A DNA stretch of 64,000 nucleotides from Eledone cirrhosa (Eukaryota), in the NCBI GenBank assembly GCA_964016885.1, contig OZ024744.1, positions 23,932,001-23,996,000 of the forward strand, given 5' to 3'. Under the pieces are notes generated by a model. The model ran no database searches, was not told the origin of the DNA, and saw nothing but the letters and a program-made list of their open reading frames with translations. This document shows positions 26,801 to 41,900 of the stretch, one piece after another. Position 1 is the stretch's first letter. Each line of letters starts with the position of its first letter. The position numbers were made by a program, and so were the translations under genes.

Positions 26801-29800
26801 GTTTTAACAACAGTTGAATCTTAAGATAAAACTCGTTTTAACAACAGTTGAATCTTAAGAACTGACTCGTATTAACAACAATTGAATCTTAAGATAACAT
26901 TCGTTTTAACAACAGTTGCATCTTAAGAACTGACTCGTTTTAACGACAGTTGATTCTTAAGATAAACCTCGTTTTAACAACTGTTGAATCTTAAGAACTG
27001 ACTCGTTTTATCAACAGTTCAACCTTAAGAACTGACTCATTTTAACAACAGTTGAATCTTCAAATAAAACTCGTTTTAACAACAGTTGAATGTTAAGAAC
27101 TGATTCGTTTTAACAACAGCTGAATCTTAAGATAAACTCGTTTTAACAACAGTTGAATCTTAAGATAAACCTCGTTTTAACAACAGTTTAATATTAAGAA
27201 CTGACTCGTTTTAACAACAGTTGAATCTTAAGATAAAATTCGTTTTAACAACAGTTCAAACTTAAGAACTGACTCGTTTTAACAACAGTTGAATCTTAAG
27301 ATAAAACTCGTTTTAACAACAGTTGAATCTTAAGAACTGACTCGTTTTAACAACAGTTGAATCTTAAGAACTGACTCGTTTTAACAACAGTTGAATCTTA
27401 TGATAAAACCCATTTTAACAACAGTTGAATCTTAAGATTGAACTCGTTTTAACAACAGTTGAATCTTAAGAACTGATTCGTTTTAACAACAGTTCAAACT
27501 TAAGAACTGACTCGTATTAAGAACAGTTGAATCTTATTATAAAACTCATTTTAACAACAGTTGAATCTTAAGAACTGATTCGTTTTAACAACAGATGAAT
27601 CTTAAGATAAACCTCGTTTTAACAACAGTTGCATCTTAAGAACTGGCTCGTTTAAACAACAGTTGAATCTTAAGATAAAACACGTTTTAACAACAGTTGA
27701 ATCTTAAGAACTGACTCGTTTTAACAACAGTTGAATCTTAAGATAAACTCGTTTTAACAACAGTTGAATCTTGAGAAATGACTCGTTTTAACAACAGCTG
27801 AATCTTAAGATAAAACTCGTTTTAACAACAGTCGAATCTTAAGAACTGACTCGTTTTAACAACAGCTGAATCTTAAGATAAAACTCGTTTTAACAACAGT
27901 TGAATCTTAAGAACTGACTCGTTTTAACAACAGTTCAACCTTAAGAACTGACTCGTTTTAACAACTGTTGAATCTTCAAATAAAACTCGTTTTAACAACA
28001 GTTGAATCTTAAGAATTGACTCGATTTAACAACAGTTGAATCTTAAGATAAAATTCGTTTTAACAACAGTTGAATCTTAAGAACTGATTCGTTTTAACAA
28101 CAGTTCAAACTTAAGAACAGACTCGTATTAACAACAGTTGAATCTTATTATAAAACTCATTTTAACAACAGTTCAACCTTAAGAACTGACTCGTTTTAAC
28201 AACAGTTGAATCTTCAAATAAACCTCGTTTTAACAACAGTTGCATCTTAAGAACTGGCTCGTTTAAACAACAGTTGAATCTTAAGATAAAACTCGTTTTA
28301 ACAACAGTTGAATCTTAAGAACTGACTCGTTTTAACAACAGTTGAATCTTCAAATAAAACTCGTTTTAACAACAGTTGATTCTTAAGAACTGACTCATTT
28401 TAACAACAGTTGAATCTTAAGAACTGACTCATTTTAACAACAGTTGAATCTTAAGATAAAATTCGTTTTAACAACAGTTGAATCTTAAGAACTAATTCGT
28501 TTTAACAACAGTTCAAACTTAAGAACAGACTCGTATTAACAACAGTTGAATCTTATTATAAAACTCATTTTAACAACAGTTCAACCTTAAGAACTGACTC
28601 GTTTTAACAACAGTTGAATCTTCAAATAAACCTCGTTTTAACAACAGTTGCATCTTAAGAACTGGCTCGTTTAAACAACAGTTGAATCTTAAGATAAAAC
28701 TCGTTTTAACAACAGTTGAATCTTAAGAACTGACTCGTATTAACAACAATTGAATCTTAAGATAACATTCGTTTTAACAACAGTTGCATCTTAAGAACTG
28801 ACTCGTTTTAACGACAGTTGATTCTTAAGATAAACCTCGTTTTAACAACTGTTGAATCTTAAGAACTGACTCGTTTTATCAACAGTTCAACCTTAAGAAC
28901 TGACTCATTTTAACAACAGTTGAATCTTCAAATAAAACTCGTTTTAACAACAGTTGAATGTTAAGAACTGATTCGTTCTAACAACAGCTGAATCTTAAGA
29001 TAAACTCGTTTTAACAACAGTTGAATCTTAAGATAAACCTCGTTTTAACAACAGTTTAATATTAAGAACTGACTCGTTTTAACAACAGTTGAATCTTAAG
29101 ATAAAATTCGTTTTAACAACAGTTGAATCTTAAGAGCTGATTCGTTTTAACAACAGTTCAAACTTAAGAACTGACTCGTTTTAACAACAGTTGAATCTTA
29201 AGATAAAACTCGTTTTAACAACAGTTGAATCTTAAGAACTGACTCGTTTTAACAACAGTTGAATCTTAAGAACTGACTCGTTTTAACAACAGTTGAATCT
29301 TATGATAAAACCCATTTTAACAACAGTTGAATCTTAAGATTGAACTCGTTTTAACAACAGTTGAATCTTAAGAACTGATTCGTTTTAACAACAGATGAAT
29401 CTTAAGATAAACCTCGTTTTAACAACAGTTGCATCTTAAGAACTGGCTCGTTTAAACAACAGTTGAATCTTAAGATAAAACACGTTTTAACAACAGTTGA
29501 ATCTTAAGAACTGACTCGTTTTAACAACAGTTGAATCTTAAGATAAACTCGTTTTAACAACAGTTGAATCTTGAGAAATGACTCGTTTTAACAACAGCTG
29601 AATCTTAAGATAAAACTCGTTTTAACAACAGTCGAATCTTAAGAACTGACTCGTTTTAACAACAGCTGAATCTTAAGATAAAACTCGTTTTAACAACAGT
29701 TGAATCTTAAGAACTGACTCGTTTTAACAACAGTTCAACCTTAAGAACTGACTCGTTTTAACAACTGTTGAATCTTCAAATAAAACTCGTTTTAACAACA

Positions 29801-32800
29801 GTTGAATCTTAAGAATTGACTCGTTTTAACAACAATTAAATCTTAAGACAAAACCCGTTTTAACAACAGTTGAATCTTAAGAACTGACTCGTTTTAACAA
29901 CAGATGAATCTTAAGATAAAATTCGTTTTAACAACAGTTGAATCTTAAGAACTGATTCGTTTTAACAACAGTTCAAACTTAAGAACAGACTCGTATTAAC
30001 AACAGTTGAATCTTATTATAAAACTCATTTTAACAACAGTTCAACCTTAAGAACTGACTCGTTTTAACAACAGTTGAATCTTCAAATAAACCTCGTTTTA
30101 ACAACAGTTGCATCTTAAGAACTGGCTCGTTTAAACAACAGTTGAATCTTAAGATAAAACTCGTTTTAACAACAGTTGAATCTTAAGAACTGACTCGTTT
30201 TAACAACAGTTGAATCTTCAAATAAAACTCGTTTTAACAACAGTTGAATCTTAAGAACTGACTCATTTTAACAACAGTTGAATCTTAAGAACTGACTCAT
30301 TTTAACAACAGTTGAATCTTAAGATAAAATTCGTTTTAACAACAGTTGAATCTTAAGAACTAATTCGTTTTAACAACAGTTCAAACTTAAGAACAGACTC
30401 GTATTAACAACAGTTGAATCTTATTATAAAACTCATTTTAACAACAGTTCAACCTTAAGAACTGACTCGTTTTAACAACAGTTGAATCTTCAAATAAACC
30501 TCGTTTTAACAACAGTTGCATCTTAAGAACTGGCTCGTTTAAACAACAGTTGAATCTTAAGATAAAACTCGTTTTAACAACAGTTGAATCTTAAGAACTG
30601 ACTCGTTTTAACAACAGTTGAATCTTCAAATAAAACTCGTTTTAACAACAGTTGAATCTTAAGAACTGACTCGTTTTAACAACAGTTCAACCTTAAGAAC
30701 TGACTCGTTTTAACAACAGTTGAATCTTCAAATAAAACTCGTTTTAACAACAGTTGAATCTTAAGATAAACCTCGTTTTAACAACAGTTGCATCTTAAGA
30801 ACTGGCTCGTTTAAACAACAGTTGAATCTTAAGATAAAACACGTTTTAACAACAGTTGAATCTTAAGAACTGACTCGTTTTAACAACAGTTGAATCTTAA
30901 GATAAACTCGTTTTAACAACAGTTGAATCTTAAGAACTGACTCGTTTTAACAACAGCTGAATCTTAAAATAAAACTCGTTTTAACAACAGTTGAATCTTA
31001 AAAACTGACTCGTTTTAACAACAGCTGAATCTTAAGATAAAGCTCGTTTTAACAACAGTTGAATCTTAAGAACTGACTCGTTTTAACAACAGTTCAACCT
31101 TAAGAACTGACTCGTTTTAACAACTGTTGAATCTTCAAATAAAACTCGTTTTAACAACAGTTGAATCTTAAGAACTGACTCGTTTTAACAACAGTTCAAC
31201 CTTAAGAACTGACTCGTTTTAACAACAGTTGAATCTTCAAATAAAACTCGTTTTAACAACAGTTGAATCTTAAGAATTGACTCGTTTTAACAACAGTTGA
31301 ATCTTAAGACAAAACCCGTTTTAACAACAGTTGAATCTTAAGAACTGACTCGTTTTAACAACAGTTGAATCTTAAGATAAAACTCGTTTTAGCAACAGTT
31401 GAATCTTAAGAACTGACTCGCTTTATCAACAGTTGAATCTTAAGATAAACTCGTTTTAACAACAGTTGAATCTTAAGAACTGACTCGTTTTAACAACAGC
31501 TGAATCTTAAGATAAAACTCGTATTAACAACAGTTGAATCTCAAGAACCGACTCGTCTTAACAACAATTGAATCTTAAGATAACATTCGTTTTAACAACG
31601 GTTGCATCTTAAGAACTGACTCGTTTTAACGACAGTTGAATCTTATAATACAACTCGTTTTAACAACAGTTGAATCTTCAGATAAAACTCGTTTTAACAA
31701 CAGATGATTCTCAAGAACTGACTCGTTTTAACAACAGTTGAATCTTAAGATAAAACTCGTTTTAACAACAGTTGAATCTTAAGAACTGACTCGTATTAAC
31801 AACAATTGAATCTTAAGATAACATTCGTTTTAACAACGGTTGCATCTTAAGAACTGACTCGTTTTAACGACAGTTGAATCTTAAGATAAACCTTGTTTTA
31901 ACAACGGTTGAATCTTAAGAACTGACTCGTTTTATCAACAGTTCAACCTTAAGAACTGACTCATTTTAACAACAGTTGAATCCTCAAATAAAACTCGTTT
32001 TAACAACAGTTGAATGTTAAGAACTGATTCGTTTTAACAACAGCTAAATCTTAAGATAAACTCGTTTTAACAACAGTTGAATCTTAAGATAAACCTCGTT
32101 TTAACAACAGTTTAATCTTAAGAACTGACTCGTTTTAACAACAGTTGAATATTAAGATAAAATTCGTTTTAACAACAGTTGAATCTTAAGAGCTGATTCG
32201 TTTTAACAACAGTTCAAACTTAAGAACTGTCTCGTTTTAACAACAGTTGAATCTTAAGATAAAACTCGTTTTAACAACAGTTGAATCTTAAGAACTGACT
32301 CGTTTTAACAACAGTTGAATCTTATGAACTGACTCGTTTTAACAACAGTTGAATCTTATGATAAAACCCATTTTAACAACAGTTGAATCTTAAGATTAAA
32401 CTCGTTTTAACAACAGTTGAATCTTAAGAACTGATTCGTTGTAACAACAGTTCAAACTTAAGAACTGACTCGTATTAAGAACAGTTGAATCTTATTATAA
32501 AACTCATTTTAACAACAGTTGAATCTTAAGAACTGATTCGTTTTAACAACAGATGAATCTTAAGATAAACCTCGTTTTAACAACAGTTGCATCTTAAGAA
32601 CTGGCTCGTTTAAACAACAGTTGAATCTTAAGATAAAACACGTTTTAACAACAGTTGAATCTTAAGAACTGAGTCGTTTTAACAACAGTTGAATCTTAAG
32701 AACTGATTCGTTTTAACAACAGTTCAAACTTAAGAACAGACTCGTATTAACAACAGTTGAATCTTATTATAAAACTCATTTATCAACAGTTCAACCTTAA

Positions 32801-32900
32801 GAACTGACTCGTTTTAACAACAGTTGAATCTTCAAATAAACCTCGTTTTAACAACAGTTGCATCTTAAGAACTGGCTCGTTTAAACAACAGTTGAATCTT
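23900..32900 (+). repeat. HOR domain II: loosely repeated 53-56-monomer units (~1.8-1.9 kb)
   Basis: ttaaccgcagctg at 24805/26706 (offset 1901); gttgattctt at 26953/28821 (1868); ttgagaaatg at 27771/29571 and gtcgaat at 27831/29631 (1800). Boundaries are approximate. Confidence 0.8.
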
Positions 32901-35900
32901 AAGATAAAACTCGTTTTAACAACAGTTGAATCTTAAGATAAAATTCGTTTTAACAACAGTTGAATCTTCAAATAAAACTCGTTTTAACAACAGTTGAATC
33001 TTAAGAACTGACTCGTTTTAACAACAGTTCAACCTTAAGAACTGACTCGTTTTAACAACAGTTGAATCTTCAAATAAAACTCGTTTTAACAACAGTTGAA
33101 TCTTAAGAATTGACTCGTTTTAACAACAGTTGAATCTTAAGACAAAACCCGTTTTAACAACAGTTGAATCTTAAGAACTGACTCGTTTTAACAACAGTTG
33201 AATCTTAAGATAAAACTAGTTTTAACAACAGTTGAATCTTAAGAACTGACTCGTTTTATCAACAGTTGAATCTTAAGATAAACTCGTTTTAACAACAGTT
33301 GAATCTTAAGTACTGACTCGTTTTAACAACAGTTGAATCTTCAAATAAAACTCGTTTTAACAACAGTTGAATCTTAAGAACTGACTCGTTTTAACAACAG
33401 TTCAACCTTAAGAACTGACTCGTTTTAACAACAGTTGAATCTTCAAATAAAACTCGTTTTAACAACAGTTGAATCTTAAGAACTGACTCGTTTTAACAAC
33501 AGCTGAATCTTAAGATAAAACTCGTATTAACAACAGTTGAATCTTAAGAACTGACTCGTTTTAACAACAGTTGAATCTTAAGAACTGACTCGTTTTATAA
33601 ACAGTTCAACCTCAAGAACTGACTCGTTTTAACAACAGTTGAACCTTAAAAACGGACTCGTTTTAACCGCAGCTGAATCTTATAAAACAACTCGTTTTAA
33701 CAACAGTTGAATCTTCAGATAAAACTCGTTTTAACAACAGATGATTCTCAAGAACTGACTCGTTTTAACAACAGTTGAATCTTAAGATAAAACTCGTTTT
33801 AACAACAGTTGAATCTTAAGAACTGACTCGTATTAACAACAGTTCAACCTTAAGAACTGACTCGTTTTAACTACTGTTGAATCTTCAAATAAAACTCGTT
33901 TTAACAACAGTTGAATCTTAAGAATTGACTCGTTTTAACAACAATTAAATCTTAAGACAAAACCCGTTTTAACAACAGTTGAATCTTAAGAACTGACTCG
34001 TTTTAACAACAGTTGAATCTTAAGATAAAATTCGTTTTAACAACAGTTGAATCTTAAGAACTAATTCGTTTTAACAACAGTTCAAACTTAAGAACAGACT
34101 CGTATTAACAACAGTTGAATCTTATTATAAAACTCATTTTAACAACAGTTCAACCTTAAGAACTGACTCGTTTTAACAACAGTTGAATCTTCAAATAAAC
34201 CTCGTTTTAACAACAGTTGCATCTTAAGAACTGGCTCGTTTAAACAACAGTTGAATCTTAAGATAAAACTCGTTTTAACAACAGTTGAATCTTAAGAACT
34301 GACTCGTTTTAACAACAGTTGAATCTTCAAATAAAACTCGTTTTAACAACAGTTGAATCTTAAGAACTGACTCGTTTTAACAACAGTTCAACCTTAAGAA
34401 CTGACTCGTTTTAACAACAGTTGAATCTTCAAATAAAACTCGTTTTAACAACAGTTGAATCTTAAGATAAACCTCGTTTTAACAACAGTTGCATCTTAAG
34501 AACTGGCTCGTTTAAACAACAGTTGAATCTTAAGAGCTGATTCGTTTTAACAACAGATGAATCTTAAGATAAACCTCGTTTTAACAACAGTTGCATCTTA
34601 AGAACTGGCTCGTTTAAACAACAGTTGAATCTTAAGATAAAACACGTTTTAACAACAGTTGAATCTTAAGAACTGAGTCGTTTTAACAACAGTTGAATCT
34701 TAAGAACTGATTCGTTTTAACAACAGTTCAAACTTAAGAACAGACTCGTATTAACAACAGTTGAATCTTATTATAAAACTCATTTTAACAACAGTTCAAC
34801 CTTAAGAACTGACTCGTTTTAACAACAGTTGAATCTTCAAATAAACCTCGTTTTAACAACAGTTGCATCTTAAGAACTGGCTCGTTTAAACAACAGTTGA
34901 ATCTTAAGATAAAACTCGTTTTAACAACAGTTGAATCTTAAGAACTGACTCGTTTTAACAACAGTTGAATCTTCAAATAAAACTCGTTTTAACAACAGTT
35001 GAATCTTAAGAACTGACTCATTTTAACAACAGTTGAATCTTAAGATAAAATTCGTTTTAACAACAGTTGAATCTTAAGAACTAATTCGTTTTAACAACAG
35101 TTCAAACTTAAGAACAGACTCGTATTAACAACAGTTGAATATTATTATAAAACTCATTTTAACAACAGTTCAACCTTAAGAACTGACTCGTTTTAACAAC
35201 AGTTGAATCTTCAAATAAACCTCGTTTTAACAACAGTTGCATCTTAAGAACTGGCTCGTTTAAACAACAGTTGAATCTTAAGATAAAACCCGTTTTAACA
35301 ACAGTTGTATCTTAAGAACTGACTCGTTTTAACAACAGTTGAATCTTCAAATAAAACTCGTTTTAACAACAGTTGAATCTTAAGAATTGACTCGTTTTAA
35401 CAACAGTTGAATCTTAAGACAAAACCCGTTTTAACAACAGTTGAATCTTAAGAACTGACTCGTTTTAACAACAGTTGAATCTTAAGATAAAACTAGTTTT
35501 AACAACAGTTGAATCTTAAGAACTGACTCGTTTTATCAACAGTTGAATCTTAAGATAAACTCGTTTTAACAACAGTTGAATCTTAAGTACTGACTCGTTT
35601 TAACAACAGTTGAATCTTCAAATAAAACTCGTTTTAACAACAGTTGAATCTTAAGAACTGACTCGTTTTAACAACAGTTCAACCTTAAGAACTGACTCGT
35701 TTTAACAACAGTTGAATCTTCAAATAAAACTCGTTTTAACAACAGTTGAATCTTAAGAACTGACTCGTTTTAACAACAGCTGAATCTTAAGATAAAACTC
35801 GTATTAACAACAGTTGAATCTTAAGAACTGACTCGTTTTAACAACAGTTGAATCTTAAGAACTGACTCGTTTTATAAACAGTTAAACCTCAAGAACTGAC

Positions 35901-38900
35901 TCGTTTTAACAACAGTTGAATCTTAAAAACGGACTCGTTTTAACCGCAGCTGAATCTTATAAAACAACTCGTTTTAACAACAGTTGAATCTTCAGATAAA
36001 ACTCGTTTTAACAACAGATGATTCTCAAGAACTGACTCGTTTTAACAACAGTTGAATCTTAAGATAAAACTCGTTTTAACAACAGTTGAATCTTAAGAAC
36101 TGACTCGTATTAACAACAGTTCAACCTTAAGAACTGACTCGTTTTAACAACTGTTGAATCTTCAAATAAAACTCGTTTTAACAACAGTTGAATCTTAAGA
36201 ATTGACTCGTTTTAACAACAATTAAATCTTAAGACAAAACCCGTTTTAACAACAGTTGAATCTTAAGAACTGACTCGTTTTAACAACAGTTGAATCTTAA
36301 GATAAAATTCGTTTTAACAACAGTTGAATCTTAAGAACTAATTCGTTTTAACAACAGTTCAAACTTAAGAACAGACTCGTATTAACAACAGTTGAATCTT
36401 ATTATAAAACTCATTTTAACAACAGTTCAACCTTAAGAACTGACTCGTTTTAACAACAGTTGAATCTTCAAATAAACCTCGTTTTAACAACAGTTGCATC
36501 TTAAGAACTGGCTCGTTTAAACAACAGTTGAATCTTAAGATAAAACTCGTTTTAACAACAGTTGAATCTTAAGAACTGACTCGTTTTAACAACAGTTGAA
36601 TCTTCAAATAAAACTCGTTTTAACAACAGTTGAATCTTAAGAACTGACTCGTTTTAACAACAGTTCAACCTTAAGAACTGACTCGTTTTAACAACAGTTG
36701 AATCTTCAAATAAAACTCGTTTTAACAACAGTTGAATCTTAAGATAAACCTCGTTTTAACAACAGTTGCATCTTAAGAACTGGCTCGTTTAAACAACAGT
36801 TGAATCTTAAGAGCTGATTCGTTTTAACAACAGATGAATCTTAAGATAAACCTCGTTTTAACAACAGTTGCATCTTAAGAACTGGCTCGTTTAAACAACA
36901 GTTGAATCTTAAGATAAAACACGTTTTAACAACAGTTGAATCTTAAGAACTGAGTCGTTTTAACAACAGTTGAATCTTAAGAACTGATTCGTTTTAACAA
37001 CAGTTCAAACTTAAGAACAGACTCGTATTAACAACAGTTGAATCTTATTATAAAACTCATTTTAACAACAGTTCAACCTTAAGAACTGACTCGTTTTAAC
37101 AACAGTTGAATCTTCAAATAAACCTCGTTTTAACAACAGTTGCATCTTAAGAACTGGCTCGTTTAAACAACAGTTGAATCTTAAGATAAAACTCGTTTTA
37201 ACAACAGTTGAATCTTAAGAACTGACTCGTTTTAACAACAGTTGAATCTTCAAATAAAACTCGTTTTAACAACAGTTGAATCTTAAGAACTGACTCATTT
37301 TAACAACAGTTGAATCTTAAGATAAAATTCGTTTTAACAACAGTTGAATCTTAAGAACTAATTCGTTTTAACAACAGTTCAAACTTAAGAACAGACTCGT
37401 ATTAACAACAGTTGAATCTTATTATAAAACTCATTTTAACAACAGTTCAACCTTAAGAACTGACTCGTTTTAACAACAGTTGAATCTTCAAATAAACCTC
37501 GTTTTAACAACAGTTGCATCTTAAGAACTGGCTCGTTTAAACAACAGTTGAATCTTAAGATAAAACCCGTTTTAACAACAGTTGAATCTTAAGAACTGAC
37601 TCGTTTTAACAACAGTTGAATCTTCAAATAAAACTCGTTTTAACAACAGTTGAATCTTAAGAACTGACTCGTTTTAACAACAGTTCAACCTTAAGAACTG
37701 ACTCGTTTTAACAACAGTTGAATCTTCAAATAAAACTCGTTTTAACAACAGTTGAATCTTAAGAATTGACTCGTTTTAACAACAGTTGAATCTTAAGACA
37801 AAACCCGTTTTAACAACAGTTGAATCTTAAGAACTGACTCGTTTTAACAACAGTTGAATCTTAAGATAAAACTAGTTTTAACAACAGTTGAATCTTAAGA
37901 ACTGACTCGTTTTATCAACAGTTGAATCTTAAGATAAACTCGTTTTAACAACAGTTGAATCTTAAGTACTGACTCGTTTTAACAACAGTTGAATCTTCAA
38001 ATAAAACTCGTTTTAACAACAGTTGAATCTTAAGAACTGACTCGTTTTAACAACAGTTCAACCTTAAGAACTGACTCGTTTTAACAACAGTTGAATCTTC
38101 AAATAAAACTCGTTTTAACAACAGTTGAATCTTAAGAACTGACTCGTTTTAACAACAGCTGAATCTTAAGATAAAACTCGTATTAACAACAGTTGAATCT
38201 TAAGAACTGACTCGTTTTAACAACAGTTGAATCTTAAGAACTGACTCGTTTTATAAACAGTTCAACCTCAAGAACTGACTCGTTTTAACAACAGTTGAAT
38301 CTTAAAAACGGACTCGTTTTAACCGCAGCTGAATCTTATAAAACAACTCGTTTTAACAACAGTTGAATCTTCAGATAAAACTCGTTTTAACAACAGATGA
38401 TTCTCAAGAACTGACTCGTTTTAACAACAGTTGAATCTTAAGATAAAACTCGTTTTAACAACAGTTGAATCTTAAGAACTGACTCGTATTAACAACAGTT
38501 CAACCTTAAGAACTGACTCGTTTTAACAACTGTTGAATCTTCAAATAAAACTCGTTTTAACAACAGTTGAATCTTAAGAATTGACTCGTTTTAACAACAA
38601 TTAAATCTTAAGACAAAACCCGTTTTAACAACAGTTGAATCTTAAGAACTGACTCGTTTTAACAACAGTTGAATCTTAAGATAAAATTCGTTTTAACAAC
38701 AGTTGAATCTTAAGAACTAATTCGTTTTAACAACAGTTCAAACTTAAGAACAGACTCGTATTAACAACAGTTGAATCTTATTATAAAACTCATTTTAACA
38801 ACAGTTCAACCTTAAGAACTGACTCGTTTTAACAACAGTTGAATCTTCAAATAAACCTCGTTTTAACAACAGTTGCATCTTAAGAACTGGCTCGTTTAAA

Positions 38901-41900
38901 CAACAGTTGAATCTTAAGATAAAACTCGTTTTAACAACAGTTGAATCTTAAGAACTGACTCGTTTTAACAACAGTTGAATCTTCAAATAAAACTCGTTTT
39001 AACAACAGTTGAATCTTAAGAACTGACTCGTTTTAACAACAGTTCAACCTTAAGAACTGACTCGTTTTAACAACAGTTGAATCTTCAAATAAAACTCGTT
39101 TTAACAACAGTTGAATCTTAAGATAAACCTCGTTTTAACAACAGTTGCATCTTAAGAACTGGCTCGTTTAAACAACAGTTGAATCTTAAGAGCTGATTCG
39201 TTTTAACAACAGATGAATCTTAAGATAAACCTCGTTTTAACAACAGTTGCATCTTAAGAACTGGCTCGTTTAAACAACAGTTGAATCTTAAGATAAAACA
39301 CGTTTTAACAACAGTTGAATCTTAAGAACTGAGTCGTTTTAACAACAGTTGAATCTTAAGAACTGATTCGTTTTAACAACAGTTCAAACTTAAGAACAGA
39401 CTCGTATTAACAACAGTTGAATCTTATTATAAAACTCATTTTAACAACAGTTCAACCTTAAGAACTGACTCGTTTTAACAACAGTTGAATCTTCAAATAA
39501 ACCTCGTTTTAACAACAGTTGCATCTTAAGAACTGGCTCGTTTAAACAACAGTTGAATCTTAAGATAAAACTCGTTTTAACAACAGTTGAATCTTAAGAA
39601 CTGACTCGTTTTAACAACAGTTGAATCTTCAAATAAAACTCGTTTTAACAACAGTTGAATCTTAAGAACTGACTCATTTTAACAACAGTTGAATCTTAAG
39701 ATAAAATTCGTTTTAACAACAGTTGAATCTTAAGAACTAATTCGTTTTAACAACAGTTCAAACTTAAGAACAGACTCGTATTAACAACAGTTGAATCTTA
39801 TTATAAAACTCATTTTAACAACAGTTCAACCTTAAGAACTGACTCGTTTTAACAACAGTTGAATCTTCAAATAAACCTCGTTTTAACAACAGTTGCATCT
39901 TAAGAACTGGCTCGTTTAAACAACAGTTGAATCTTAAGATAAAACCCGTTTTAACAACAGTTGAATCTTAAGAACTGACTCGTTTTAACAACAGTTGAAT
40001 CTTCAAATAAAACTCGTTTTAACAACAGTTGAATCTTAAGAACTGACTCGTTTTAACAACAGTTCAACCTTAAGAACTGACTCGTTTTAACAACAGTTGA
40101 ATCTTCAAATAAAACTCGTTTTAACAACAGTTGAATCTTAAGAATTGACTCGTTTTAACAACAGTTGAATCTTAAGACAAAACCCGTTTTAACAACAGTT
40201 GAATCTTAAGAACTGACTCGTTTTAACAACAGTTGAATCTTAAGATAAAACTAGTTTTAACAACAGTTGAATCTTAAGAACTGACTCGTTTTATCAACAG
40301 TTGAATCTTAAGATAAACTCGTTTTAACAACAGTTGAATCTTAAGTACTGACTCGTTTTAACAACAGTTGAATCTTCAAATAAAACTCGTTTTAACAACA
40401 GTTGAATCTTAAGAACTGACTCGTTTTAACAACAGTTCAACCTTAAGAACTGACTCGTTTTAACAACAGTTGAATCTTCAAATAAAACTCGTTTTAACAA
40501 CAGTTGAATCTTAAGAACTGACTCGTTTTAACAACAGCTGAATCTTAAGATAAAACTCGTATTAACAACAGTTGAATCTTAAGAACTGACTCGTTTTAAC
40601 AACAGTTGAATCTTAAGAACTGACTCGTTTTATAAACAGTTCAACCTCAAGAACTGACTCGTTTTAACAACAGTTGAATCTTAAAAACGGACTCGTTTTA
40701 ACCGCAGCTGAATCTTATAAAACAACTCGTTTTAACAACAGTTGAATCTTCAGATAAAACTCGTTTTAACAACAGATGATTCTCAAGAACTGACTCGTTT
40801 TAACAACAGTTGAATCTTAAGATAAAACTCGTTTTAACAACAGTTGAATCTTAAGAACTGACTCGTATTAACAACAGTTCAACCTTAAGAACTGACTCGT
40901 TTTAACAACTGTTGAATCTTCAAATAAAACTCGTTTTAACAACAGTTGAATCTTAAGAATTGACTCGTTTTAACGACAATTAAATCTTAAGACAAAACCC
41001 GTTTTAACAACAGTTGAATCTTAAGAACTGACTCGTTTTAACAACAGTTGAATCTTAAGATAAAATTCGTTTTAACAACAGTTGAATCTTAAGAACTAAT
41101 TCGTTTTAACAACAGTTCAAACTTAAGAACAGACTCGTATTAACAACAGTTGAATCTTATTATAAAACTCATTTTAACAACAGTTCAACCTTAAGAACTG
41201 ACTCGTTTTAACAACAGTTGAATCTTCAAATAAACCTCGTTTTAACAACAGTTGCATCTTAAGAACTGGCTCGTTTAAACAACAGTTGAATCTTAAGATA
41301 AAACTCGTTTTAACAACAGTTGAATCTTAAGAACTGACTCGTTTTAACAACAGTTGAATCTTCAAATAAAACTCGTTTTAACAACAGTTGAATCTTAAGA
41401 ACTGACTCGTTTTAACAACAGTTCAAACTTAAGAACTGACTCGTTTTAACAACAGTTGAATCTTCAAATAAAACTCGTTTTAACAACAGTTGAATCTTAA
41501 GATAAACCTCGTTTTAACAACAGTTGAATCTTAAGAATTGACTCGTTTTAACAACAGTTGAATCTTAAGACAAAACCCGTTTTAACAACAGTTGAATCTT
41601 AAGAACTGACTCGTTTTAACAACAGTTGAATCTTAAGATAAAACTCGTTTTAACAACAGTTGAATCTTAAGAACTGACTCGTTTTATCAACAGTTGAATC
41701 TTAAGATAAACTCGTTTTAACAACAGTTGAATCTTAAGAACTGACTCGTTTTAACAACAGTTGAATATTAAAAACTGACTAGTTTTAACCGCAGCTGAAT
41801 CTTATAATACAACTCGTTTTAACAACAGTTGAATCTTCAGATAAAACTCGTTTTAACAACAGATGATTCTCAAGAACTGACTCGTTTTAACAACAGTTGA

